Positions 17,178-27,412 of a stretch of DNA of 32,000 nt are shown piece after piece. The notes below the pieces were generated by a model. The model searched no databases. It saw only the letters and a list, made by a program, of their open reading frames with translations, and had not been told where the DNA came from. The stretch is from positions 102,798-134,797 of the forward strand of contig JAEXFI010000041.1 of assembly GCA_023400235.1 (NCBI GenBank), given 5' to 3'. How positions within the stretch are numbered: the first letter of the stretch is position 1; each line of letters begins with the position of its first letter. Made by a program: the position numbers and the translations under genes. Origin of the DNA: Bacillota bacterium. GTDB lineage: Bacteria > Bacillota > Clostridia > Acetivibrionales > DSM-1351.

Positions 17178-18392
17178 TCAAGGATTTAATTTTCGTTTCC
17201 TTCCCACCGTCTTACCATATATATAATTGCAGAAATTATATATCCGCTTTGATTCCTTTGTAAGCAATGGCGCAACTATAGCCAGAATCAGTACATAAAT
17301 TACCACAAAAGATTGCAGTACCGGCATAAGGCCGCCAGCCTTTCCCATATTGGCCATGATTATTGAAAATTCACCTCTTGCGGAGAGCGTAAAGCCCACA
17401 TTGGCTGAAGCGTGACTGGATATTTTAGATAAACGACCTGAGAACATTCCAGCCGCAATATTTCCGATAATGGTGAGAATTGCTGCTATGACAGCCATTA
17501 ACACTCCTCCTCCAAGGGATAGAGGATCAATGGTAAGACCGAAATTGAAAAAGAATATTGCCCCGAAGAAATCCCTGAAGGGCAGAATATTGTGCTCAAT
17601 CTTTTTTGCATGTGTAGATTCGGCCATGACCAATCCCACAAGCAGGGCTCCTATGGCCTCCGCAACATGGAGAGTTTCAGAAAAGCCGGCTACCACAAAC
17701 AACACGCCTATGACCACCAGCAGGAACAGCTCTGCCGAAGGTATGTCAAGTAATTTATCAATCGCTTTTATAACCCTCTTGCCTACTATAAGTATTGCCA
17801 GTATAAAGAACAGCGCGGTAAGCGATGTTGCAAGCACCCCCCATATAGACTTTGAACCGCTTAGCAGCAGTCCTGATAATATTGAGATGTGTATTGCAAT
17901 AAACAGATCATCAAACATTATCATGCCCATTATTACTTCCGTCTCAGGGTTTGCTGTGCGCTTGAGATCAATAAGCACCTTTGCTACTATTGCAGTGGAA
18001 GAACTTGTCATAATACCGCACACTACCAAGATCTCCTTAAAAGGCAAGCCCATCATCCATCCAAGCAGCAACCCGGAGGAGAAATTGATGAGAACATAAA
18101 AGGAACCTCCTATAAATACCGTCTTTCCAGACTTTATAAGTCGTGTTACAGAGAACTCAAGTCCTAAATAAAACAACAGAAACAATACGCCCAACCGACC
18201 CATAAAATTAATAAAGGTGGAGCTTTCAATAAATCTTAAATCTATAATTCCAAAACGTGGGGCGTGCGGCCCAACAGCCATCCCTATCAATATATAAAAA
18301 GGGATGACTGAAAAATTGAGCTTGTTAGATAAAAACCCCACTATGGCAATTAATGTAATCGCCACACCGATTTCAAAAACTAATATATCCAT
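17178..18392 (-). CDS. CPA2-family cation:proton antiporter (KhtU/Kef-like)
   Basis: Multi-TM protein, about 400 aa after start trimming, with a Na_H_exchanger-like pattern. Start trimmed to ATG 18392 (AGGAGG 5 nt upstream). Directly follows a KhtT-like regulatory subunit gene. Confidence 0.8.
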   Translation of the reverse strand: MDILVFEIGVAITLIAIVGFLSNKLNFSVIPFYILIGMAVGPHAPRFGIIDLRFIESSTFINFMGRLGVLFLLFYLGLEFSVTRLIKSGKTVFIGGSFYVLINFSSGLLLGWMMGLPFKEILVVCGIMTSSSTAIVAKVLIDLKRTANPETEVIMGMIMFDDLFIAIHISILSGLLLSGSKSIWGVLATSLTALFFILAILIVGKRVIKAIDKLLDIPSAELFLLVVIGVLFVVAGFSETLHVAEAIGALLVGLVMAESTHAKKIEHNILPFRDFFGAIFFFNFGLTIDPLSLGGGVLMAVIAAILTIIGNIAAGMFSGRLSKISSHASANVGFTLSARGEFSIIMANMGKAGGLMPVLQSFVVIYVLILAIVAPLLTKESKRIYNFCNYIYGKTVGRKRKLNP

Positions 18393-18417
18393 TCTACCTC
18401 CTAATTTTGTTACATTT

Positions 18418-18912
18418 TCATATCTGTCCTCCAAACAGGTAGTTTTTGAGCATCTTCAGATGTTTTCTCTCACCGATGACAACAATAGTTGATTCCGGCA
18501 AAAACTTATAATCCACCCCTGGATTTATATGCTTGCCGTGACCTTTCTCAACAGCAGCGATTATAGATGCCCCCGTCTTTTTACGTACCTGCATTTCCCC
18601 AATAGATCTGCCTACACAGTAGGACCCGGACTCTATCTTATACCATTCAATTATCAGATCATCCAAAGCAACATCAACCGTTTCCAGCGCCTTTGGCTTA
18701 TACGCAAGCCCCCCGATAATTGCGGCTACATATCTTGCTTCATTATCATCCAAGGTTATCATTGACACACTGTCCTCAGGCTGGTCGTGATAAAAGTGAT
18801 ACAATTCTCTTCGTCCATCATCATGTACTACAATGACCAGCTTATTGCCTTCGCGAACCTCTACCTCGAACTTTCTTCCGATATTCGGTAAATCAGATTC
18901 TCTAATAGTCAT
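18418..18912 (-). CDS. Antiporter regulatory subunit with C-terminal RCK_C/TrkA-C domain (KhtT-like)
   Basis: 164 aa. N-terminal LPNIGRKFEV...VVHDDGRRELY module plus SGSYCVGRSIGEMQVRKKTGASIIAAV...TIVVIG, typical of TrkA-C. GGAGG upstream of ATG 18912. Confidence 0.7.
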   Translation of the reverse strand: MTIRESDLPNIGRKFEVEVREGNKLVIVVHDDGRRELYHFYHDQPEDSVSMITLDDNEARYVAAIIGGLAYKPKALETVDVALDDLIIEWYKIESGSYCVGRSIGEMQVRKKTGASIIAAVEKGHGKHINPGVDYKFLPESTIVVIGERKHLKMLKNYLFGGQI

Positions 18913-19260
18913 AATTTAAATACCTCCGTTTTGAGTATAGACAATAGAAGTATACTGCGGTCAAAAATCATTATATATATCCTAACATCTCATTCTGACC
19001 GCTATTCTATTCATTTTTGGTTTTATGCCGTCTTTTGACAAACATATGTTCACCCCCTTCCAGATATGGCACTATTACATGTCTTTTCTGTACGCGTGTG
19101 GACACAGACAAAATATGATGTACTTTTGACTTTAATTAATAACAGATATTATGATCTGATAAAAGAAAATTACTAGAATTCTAGAAGTATCTTAAGCTTA
19201 TTTTAACCGATTTAAGGCAAAATTTCAACAATTAATTTTGTTTTTTCAATGCTAATGTTT

Positions 19261-19310
19261 AAATCTCGCTTTATCTCGTTATATCTCTGTTTATCTCTCA
19301 TTATCGCAAA
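19261..19310. repeat. Five direct repeats phased at exactly 10 bp (WWATCTC-N3)
   Basis: aaatctcgct / ttatctcgtt / atatctctgt / ttatctctca / ttatcgcaaa. Gene-sense (minus) motif GAGATWW. Confidence 0.7.
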
Positions 19311-19351
19311 TGTGATTTTCTCAAAATAGACTACTCGGGAAATAAACCTTC

Positions 19352-19386
19352 AAGAAAATAGGCTGATCCGAATAATCGAATCAGCC
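19352..19386 (-). terminator. Rho-independent terminator downstream of the yabE-like gene
   Basis: Minus RNA GGCUGAUUCG-AUUAUU-CGGAUCAGCC (10 bp including one G-U) followed by UAUUUUCUU. Confidence 0.6.
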
Positions 19387-19449
19387 CTAACAGTCCCTTT
19401 AATACTTATTTTCGCTTACGTACATTAAATTAATAACCGTATAAAATAA

Positions 19450-20562
19450 TCAATTAAGTACGTAAACCTTTACTTTCTTGACTCCCCAGGCGCTAACAGC
19501 ACTGCTGGTCTCAAGATACACATCTATCTTGTTTCCCTTTATTGCTCCTCCCACATCAGCCGCAACTGCATATCCATAGTCAGCCGCAACCCCGGGAAGC
19601 TCAACATAAACTCTGGTTCCCAGTGGGATAACGCGCGGGTCTACTGCTATAATACCTTTTCTTACTCTTGCACCGGTGGCAGTAATACCAAACCCGGGAT
19701 CTCCCGGATGCTTTCCGGTGTCTTCAAAAGAAGCCGTATATGAGGTGGCCCTCATATTTATAACCTTGGAATACCTTAATGTCTCGCCTCTGGATGTCTT
19801 GTAGTTTAAAACCGTACCTACTTCAACAATTTTGTCCAACGGATTTGTTGCAACAATATCCTTGACCAATTGTTTAGCAATCTGTTTTCCATTCTCATAA
19901 ACTACCGTATATGTTTTTTGTCGAATGCCTTCTTTTCCTTCTCTGACTGTATTTTTTAATCCTTTGTCCAATCTGTTGTTGTCTTTAGTAATTGTCTTAT
20001 ATGGTATGGTTATGGCTTCGGTGACTGTCTTTTCATCTACACGGATTATCGAAATGTTCATATCTGGTACAATTTTGTCTCCCATTTGAGACCCGACGAG
20101 CTTGTCATCCCCATCGACGCCTATGGCGTTGTCGCTTAGTACCTCTTTGACAGTATCCTTATACGTTTTAATTTCCAGCTCTTTCCCATCCACATTGATT
20201 ATTACAGGTACCGCTCTCTTTATATTTATCCGGTTCTCCTGTATTCTTGCAAGCTTCGAGTCAAACGGCACACTGATATAATCTTCAACTGCCACGGTTA
20301 CGCCTGTCTGCTCCAGTACTTCTCTTACTGTTGCTTTCATTGTCTCTACTGCAATTTCACGTCCATTGTCGTTGATTACCACGTGTCTTTTCAACCCATT
20401 AAAAACAAAGACACCTGCAGTAACGGATATAACAACGGCAATACATATAATTGCAATATCCAATGTTCTGATTTTGAATAAATTCCCGTGTTCCTTCCTT
20501 CCGAAATTACGGAAATTCATTTGTGAAAAATACCTTTTAATATTCTTCGCAATCGGTATCAT
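19450..20562 (-). CDS. yabE: YabE-like cell-wall protein (TM anchor, DUF348 repeats, G5, C-terminal 3D domain)
   Basis: C-terminal 3D-domain pattern ATSYTA...GITATGARVRKGIIAVDPRVIPLGTRVYVE...AADVGGAIKGNKIDVY, preceded by a G5-like region. Start trimmed to ATG 20562 (AGGAGG upstream). Confidence 0.8.
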   Translation of the reverse strand: MIPIAKNIKRYFSQMNFRNFGRKEHGNLFKIRTLDIAIICIAVVISVTAGVFVFNGLKRHVVINDNGREIAVETMKATVREVLEQTGVTVAVEDYISVPFDSKLARIQENRINIKRAVPVIINVDGKELEIKTYKDTVKEVLSDNAIGVDGDDKLVGSQMGDKIVPDMNISIIRVDEKTVTEAITIPYKTITKDNNRLDKGLKNTVREGKEGIRQKTYTVVYENGKQIAKQLVKDIVATNPLDKIVEVGTVLNYKTSRGETLRYSKVINMRATSYTASFEDTGKHPGDPGFGITATGARVRKGIIAVDPRVIPLGTRVYVELPGVAADYGYAVAADVGGAIKGNKIDVYLETSSAVSAWGVKKVKVYVLN

Positions 20563-20605
20563 AAATACTAACCTCCTGTTAGAAATATTCAAAGGGACTG
20601 TGACT

Positions 20606-20634
20606 ATTTTATTCTAAGCGGTTTATTTTGTCAA
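20606..20634 (-). promoter_or_regulatory. Candidate sigma-A promoter for the yabE-like gene
   Basis: Minus strand TTGACA-N17-TAAAAT (plus tgtcaa 20629-20634, atttta 20606-20611). Confidence 0.5.
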
Positions 20635-20757
20635 ATGTATTGCCTAGAAAATGGTTAGTTTTTTCCAATTCAATCCCTCATTAGCAATTATTAACTGGAT
20701 TTTAGTATATTATTCTTTACCTGTATTTATTACACAATAAAAGCTTGAAACCCTTAC

Positions 20758-21471
20758 TCAGGGCTTATCCGACAACTGGGTAATACGCCATTCGCCCGCT
20801 GCTGCATCAAACTGCATGGTCAAATATTTAATATTTTCTCCCTGCTTATATAGCACTTTTGGAACCTCCTCCATGCCTGCATTGGGGGATTCCGGCTTAT
20901 CCACCTGGAAAACTGCTTCAAACTGGATTTTTGCAAGATGTTCTGCATCGGTCATATCGGTGTATATTTTGAAAGCTTTTAGATCAATTGATTTTATTTC
21001 ATTTTGATAATTTGATTTAAAGATGTTGGGGCTGCTTAATATTTCATCATTTGACAGTATGCTTATATAGGTCTGAGCAGTTTTAAAGTTTTTTGAATTT
21101 ACCGCATCTGCCCATTTCTTGACGATTGCCTGGAAGGGTTCCACATTCAGATTTTTTTTCAGCATCAGTATGATATCTCTTTTATCGGACAGCTCCTGCT
21201 TGATTTGCTGATTTTCCGAGGTGAGCAGATAATTGGTGTTCTTAATGCGAGAATTTTCCTCTGTGAGAGAAGCCAGCTTTTCAGCAAGCTCCTTGTTTTG
21301 CTTATCAAGGGTATTAATCTTCTCCCCCAGAGTGTCAATACTCAGGTTTTTTGAATTGCTCAGATCCTGAAAATTTTCAAGCTGTTTTTCTCTGTCCCAC
21401 AGCAGATAATTGAATGAAATAAGTATTGATATCAGAAATACAAACACAACAATAATAATAAACTTTTTCAT
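20758..21471 (-). CDS. Hypothetical membrane-anchored coiled-coil protein
   Basis: MKKFIIIVVFVFLISILISF signal-anchor, then a heptad-rich segment (about residues 30-110) and a C-terminal globular domain. Start trimmed from GTG 21498 to ATG 21471, because the upstream residues come from the repeat. Confidence 0.75.
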   Translation of the reverse strand: MKKFIIIVVFVFLISILISFNYLLWDREKQLENFQDLSNSKNLSIDTLGEKINTLDKQNKELAEKLASLTEENSRIKNTNYLLTSENQQIKQELSDKRDIILMLKKNLNVEPFQAIVKKWADAVNSKNFKTAQTYISILSNDEILSSPNIFKSNYQNEIKSIDLKAFKIYTDMTDAEHLAKIQFEAVFQVDKPESPNAGMEEVPKVLYKQGENIKYLTMQFDAAAGEWRITQLSDKP

Positions 21472-21577
21472 AATTATTTCCATGCCTCCACTTCGCACAT
21501 AACTCCATGAAAGTCATAGCATGGAATCGGTGCCACACTTTTATCTGCTTCAAAATTTCTTTCAACCTTACTCTCCT
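21472..21577 (-). repeat. Leader repeat, copy 2 (abuts the start codon of the coiled-coil membrane protein; begins 24 nt after the tatD stop)
   Basis: Same element as 16359-16464, with about 7 substitutions by eye, including GGGGG to GGAGG in the SD. Confidence 0.9.
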
Positions 21578-21601
21578 TGAGAACCAATTAAGACTTATTG
21601 T

Positions 21602-22369
21602 TTATTTCAATCCGAATACAGTTTTTGCATTCTTCAGTGTTGTCTCGGCAACCTCCGACTCACTTATCCCCTTGATTTCAGCAATTTTCCGGATAACATG
21701 AACCAAGTAGCCCGAATTGTTCCTTTTTCCCCTGTAAGGCTCAGGTGAAAGATAGGGGCAGTCAGTTTCAACCAGAAGCTTTTCAAGCGGCACAGCTTCC
21801 ACGACCTCAACAGTTTTCCTGGCATTTTTAAAAGTGACAGGTCCCCCAATGGCAATATACAGATTCAACTTGAGCATATCCATCGCCATCTGGGCACTTC
21901 CGGAAAAGCAATGAAATATTCCGCCCACCTGCCGGACCTCAGTCTTTTTTAATATATTCACAGTATCTTCATGGGCATCCCTGTCATGAATAATTATAGG
22001 CAGCTTCAGCTCTCCGGCCAGCTCTATCTGCCTCTGGAACCAATACCTCTGGATATCCCTGGGAGAATTGTCATAATAATAATCCAGCCCGATTTCGCCT
22101 ATTGCCACAACCTTCTGATGCTGGGACAAAAGCCTGATTTTGCTTATAATATCCTCATTCATTTTTTCAGCATCGTGAGGATGTATACCCAACGCAGCAT
22201 AGACAAAGGGGTATTTCTCCGCCAGCTCTATGGTTTTGTCCAGAGATTCGGGACTGGCGCTGGCATTTAAAATATATGCTATTCCATCCTGATGAAGCTG
22301 CTTCAACAAGGCGTCTCTGTCCTCGTCGAAGCGTTCATCATCATAATGTGCATGTGTATCAAAGATCAA
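21602..22369 (-). CDS. tatD: TatD-family metal-dependent DNase/hydrolase (YabD)
   Basis: (M)IFDTHAHYDD, GEIGLDYYY, IIHDRDAHEDT and VETDCPYL motifs. TTG start with GGGGG 7 nt upstream. Confidence 0.9.
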   Translation of the reverse strand: MIFDTHAHYDDERFDEDRDALLKQLHQDGIAYILNASASPESLDKTIELAEKYPFVYAALGIHPHDAEKMNEDIISKIRLLSQHQKVVAIGEIGLDYYYDNSPRDIQRYWFQRQIELAGELKLPIIIHDRDAHEDTVNILKKTEVRQVGGIFHCFSGSAQMAMDMLKLNLYIAIGGPVTFKNARKTVEVVEAVPLEKLLVETDCPYLSPEPYRGKRNNSGYLVHVIRKIAEIKGISESEVAETTLKNAKTVFGLK

Positions 22370-22380
22370 TTTAAAGCCCC

Positions 22381-24438
<2,058 letters not shown>

Positions 24439-24478
24439 TTACAATATATAATTTATATTAATTAATTGTTACCTAACA

Positions 24479-24487
24479 TGGTATAAT
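24479..24487 (+). promoter_or_regulatory. Extended -10 promoter (TGgTATAAT) for the ytpB-like gene
   Basis: TGGTATAAT at 24479-24487, followed 4 nt later by a perfect 9-bp hairpin/palindrome (24491-24513). Confidence 0.4.
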
Positions 24488-24597
24488 TTTATAGTAGTAT
24501 TCATTACTACTATACATATTTGTTTTCGATTTTTCAAGGAGAATATTGAGGCAAACCGGAGACATTGGCAGAAAAGGACTGAAAGGGCCTCTTACCC

Positions 24598-25656
24598 ATG
24601 GTGAGTTTACTAAGAAGCTTAAGTTATTCTATAAAATACAATAAAATCATATATCCTTCCATAGACAAGAAATTCAAGGAATACAGGACATATACAAAGC
24701 GGATACGCAAGCTGTCGGTGAAAGCCACCGCCCGGGAAGCTCTGGATAAAAGCAGGTTTGATGCCGCTGTTTCATCCATATGCCTTTTGTATGACAAGGT
24801 CAATATGGAGCTGGCAGCGGAGGTATTGTTTTCCTTTGATGCCATCGTCCAATACCTGAATTCTATCTGTCTCAGGTCCTACACAGGTACCGAGCCCTTT
24901 CTGAAGCTCATATTTTCCTCCTTAAGGGATGCTTTGAACCTGCGTACCGATGCCTATGAAAACTACTTTACATTTTTTCCTTCCAAGGACGATGACGGCT
25001 ATCTGACAATACTGGTGGAAAAATGCCGACAAAAAGTACTCCTGCTGCCGTCCTATAATGTAATCCGGGACCATTTGGCTGCTTTTATTTCACTGTTCAT
25101 AGATTTGCAGGTTACGAAGTTTTCATCGGATGATAATGCCAAAGAGGTAAATCTCATAAATTGGAGTACTGCCCATGGACAAAAGTATTCGGAGCTTTCC
25201 TGCTGGGAATACTGCATGGCTGTGGACTCCACCCTGAGCATCCGGCTGCTGCTGGCCATGGCCACGGATCCGGAACTTTCCGAGCAAAAGGCAGAAAACC
25301 TCAACAGTACTTTTTTTCCCTGGATTTGCTGCATACAGAAAATCCTTGAGGGCTATATCAGCTATAATGATGATTTATTCTCAGGAAACATAAATTATGA
25401 TTTTTATTATGAAAATCTTAAAGAGTATGAAAACAGGATAATTTTCTTTACGAACAGGGCCTTAAAATTCAAGACCGGGCAATGGAGCCGTACCCGTACG
25501 GCGGTGAAATTACTGCTGGGTATTTATATTACTCATCCCAAGGCCAGCGAGGGCATGAACAGCATTACAAGCAAGGCACTTTTAAAAGCCGGAGGCAGGG
25601 GAATGTTTTTTTACACCTGGGCCCTCAAGCTGCTGCGCTCAAAAATATACCTCTAG
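24598..25656 (+). CDS. DUF2600 / YtpB-like protein (tetraprenyl-beta-curcumene synthase family), divergent
   Basis: Size (352 aa), helical composition and the segment ILEGYISYNDDLFSGNINYDFYY resemble the family region LLDxxIDQxEDxxxGxLNFxxYY. This assignment is from memory of the family, not a search. An in-frame TGA 15 nt upstream fixes the start at ATG 24598 or GTG 24601. The SD is weak. Confidence 0.5.
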   Translation: MVSLLRSLSYSIKYNKIIYPSIDKKFKEYRTYTKRIRKLSVKATAREALDKSRFDAAVSSICLLYDKVNMELAAEVLFSFDAIVQYLNSICLRSYTGTEPFLKLIFSSLRDALNLRTDAYENYFTFFPSKDDDGYLTILVEKCRQKVLLLPSYNVIRDHLAAFISLFIDLQVTKFSSDDNAKEVNLINWSTAHGQKYSELSCWEYCMAVDSTLSIRLLLAMATDPELSEQKAENLNSTFFPWICCIQKILEGYISYNDDLFSGNINYDFYYENLKEYENRIIFFTNRALKFKTGQWSRTRTAVKLLLGIYITHPKASEGMNSITSKALLKAGGRGMFFYTWALKLLRSKIYL

Positions 25657-25684
25657 CAGTGTATTTTAATTTTGCAGGCCACGA

Positions 25685-26215
25685 TTACCCGAAAATGAAC
25701 CTGCATGCCCAGAGTGACGCAATAACGCTTATTATGTCGGCCATTATTGCCGCTAACAGGGTATACCTGATATTTTTCACACCCACAGAGCCATAGTAGA
25801 CCGCAAGTGTATAGAAGATGGTTTCTGTGGACCCCATCATTGTGGCAGCCACACGGCCTTCATAGGTATCTGGACCGAAGGCCTTTATAATATCGGTTAC
25901 AAATGCAAAGGAAGCACTTCCGGAAATAGGTCTCAAAAGCGCAAGCGGCGCTACTTCCGGCGGCATTCCCAGCAAATCGATCACCGGACGCAGCAGGAAG
26001 GTGAGAATTTCAAGAGCCCCGGAGGCTTTGAAAACTCCAACCGCCACCAGCAGACCTACCAGGGACGGCATTATTTTGATTACGGTATCTATGCCCTCCT
26101 TAGCCCCATCTATGAACAGTTCAAAGGACTTTAGCTTTTTTAAAGCTGCCGCACACAATATTACTATAAATATTGCAGGGATTGCATAATCAGAGATGTG
26201 TCTTATTACTCCCAT
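25685..26215 (-). CDS. spmB: Spore maturation protein B (nucleoside-recognition-domain membrane protein)
   Basis: AIPAIFIVILCAAALKKLKSFELFIDGAKEGIDTVIKIMPSLVGLLVAVGVFKASGA pattern. Immediately downstream of spmA. Confidence 0.8.
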   Translation of the reverse strand: MGVIRHISDYAIPAIFIVILCAAALKKLKSFELFIDGAKEGIDTVIKIMPSLVGLLVAVGVFKASGALEILTFLLRPVIDLLGMPPEVAPLALLRPISGSASFAFVTDIIKAFGPDTYEGRVAATMMGSTETIFYTLAVYYGSVGVKNIRYTLLAAIMADIISVIASLWACRFIFG

Positions 26216-26224
26216 AGCCCACCT

Positions 26225-26824
26225 TTACCGAGATTGACTTTTTTCCTCATTCCATACCCTGGACAGAAGTTTTGCCGCTATTACCCCCATTATGGTGGCA
26301 CACACCGATGCCATCCATATGCATACAATTATTTCAGCCGGCTTTTTAGAGCCCTCTGCAGTACGCAGAGCAATTATACTGGCAGGTACCAGTTGTATTG
26401 CCGCAGTATTCATAACCAGAAACATACACATGGAGTCCGTGGCGGTTTTCTTGTCTTTGTTCAAGGACTGGAGCTGGCTCATGGCTTTTATTCCCAGAGG
26501 GGTGGCAGCATTCCCCAGCCCAAGAAAATTTGCCACCAGATTCATTACGATGGCCCCAAGTGCAGGATGATTTTTAGGGATATCCGGGTACAAAAATGTC
26601 ATAACAGGCCGGACCAACCTGCCTATTCCCGCCACCAATCCGCTTTTTTCCGCCACCTTCATCAGGCCTGTCCAGAGACACATCACTCCCAGAAGACCTA
26701 TGCACACGGTTACTGCGGACTGGGCTGAATCCATGGCAGCCTTTGTGACCTCATCTATCCTTCCATTAATTATCCCCACTGCAAAGCCTACAAGCAGTAA
26801 GCCCATCCATATATAATTAAGCAT
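26225..26824 (-). CDS. spmA: Spore maturation protein A
   Basis: MLNYIWMGLLLVGFAVGIINGRIDEVTKAAMDSAQSAVTVCIGLLGVMCLWTGLMKVAEKSGL pattern. Start trimmed to ATG 26824 (GGGAG 5 nt upstream). Confidence 0.8.
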   Translation of the reverse strand: MLNYIWMGLLLVGFAVGIINGRIDEVTKAAMDSAQSAVTVCIGLLGVMCLWTGLMKVAEKSGLVAGIGRLVRPVMTFLYPDIPKNHPALGAIVMNLVANFLGLGNAATPLGIKAMSQLQSLNKDKKTATDSMCMFLVMNTAAIQLVPASIIALRTAEGSKKPAEIIVCIWMASVCATIMGVIAAKLLSRVWNEEKSQSR

Positions 26825-27143
26825 TTTGTCTCCCATCTACACGCACAGCGCGTACGCAAATAGTAATGAAAGGCACGCAGTGGCTTTCGTTGCGTGAAAT
26901 CCACGTTGATTTGCCACATGTATCTTTCACACTAACCGCTCCGTCATTTATACACTGTCTGCAGGTTTCCCTTATTATATATGTGGACAGAGTAAGATTT
27001 ATGTTTTCTCATTTAAATTATGCTGCATTTAATGTGTTTTTGAAGTTTGTTGACCGTAACCTGACACGATTGCAATGCTAGTTCCAGCAATTAGCTTATT
27101 AATCAATAAAAGTCAGGCAGCTACTGCTTCACGGCAGTTTTTA

Positions 27144-27184
27144 TGTCGAAATTAAATTGCATATTTTGTCGAATAATTGTCGAA
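27144..27184 (+). promoter_or_regulatory. Cluster of three perfect Spo0A boxes (TGTCGAA), direct orientation
   Basis: TGTCGAA at 27144-27150, 27167-27173 and 27178-27184, upstream of abrB. Confidence 0.6.
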
Positions 27185-27373
27185 TATTCTCATGTCTTGC
27201 CGTTGAATTCCCAGTATTATTTTTGAAGCTTTGTAATTTTATCTTATGAAAAAAATATTCATAAAATATTTACATTTGCTTTTTAGCAGGCACCATTCTT
27301 TGAAAGGCCTATACCGCCTATATTCCTTATTTTTGCATATTTAAAATTTTTTAATTTTTTTGTAAAATGAGCG

Positions 27374-27402
27374 TTGACGTTTATTGGAATTTATGGTATT
27401 AT
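27374..27402 (+). promoter_or_regulatory. abrB sigma-A promoter
   Basis: TTGACG (27374-27379), 17-nt spacer, then TGgTATTAT (extended -10, hexamer 27397-27402). An overlapping TATAAT lies at 27400-27405. Confidence 0.55.
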
Positions 27403-27412
27403 AATAACGAAG

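Noticed and set aside
18913-19260. c-di-AMP (ydaO/kimA class) riboswitch upstream of the KhtT-like gene
   Set aside because: Only one weak GGGGGUGAAC-like stretch is present. The pseudo-two-fold conserved cores are absent by eye. A covariance-model search would be needed to settle this.
26866-27081. 71-aa plus-strand ORF in the spmA-abrB intergenic region
   Set aside because: There is no SD upstream of the ATG and the sequence looks low-complexity and hydrophobic. It overlaps the presumed spmA promoter/leader. I kept it only as part of the structured-leader observation.
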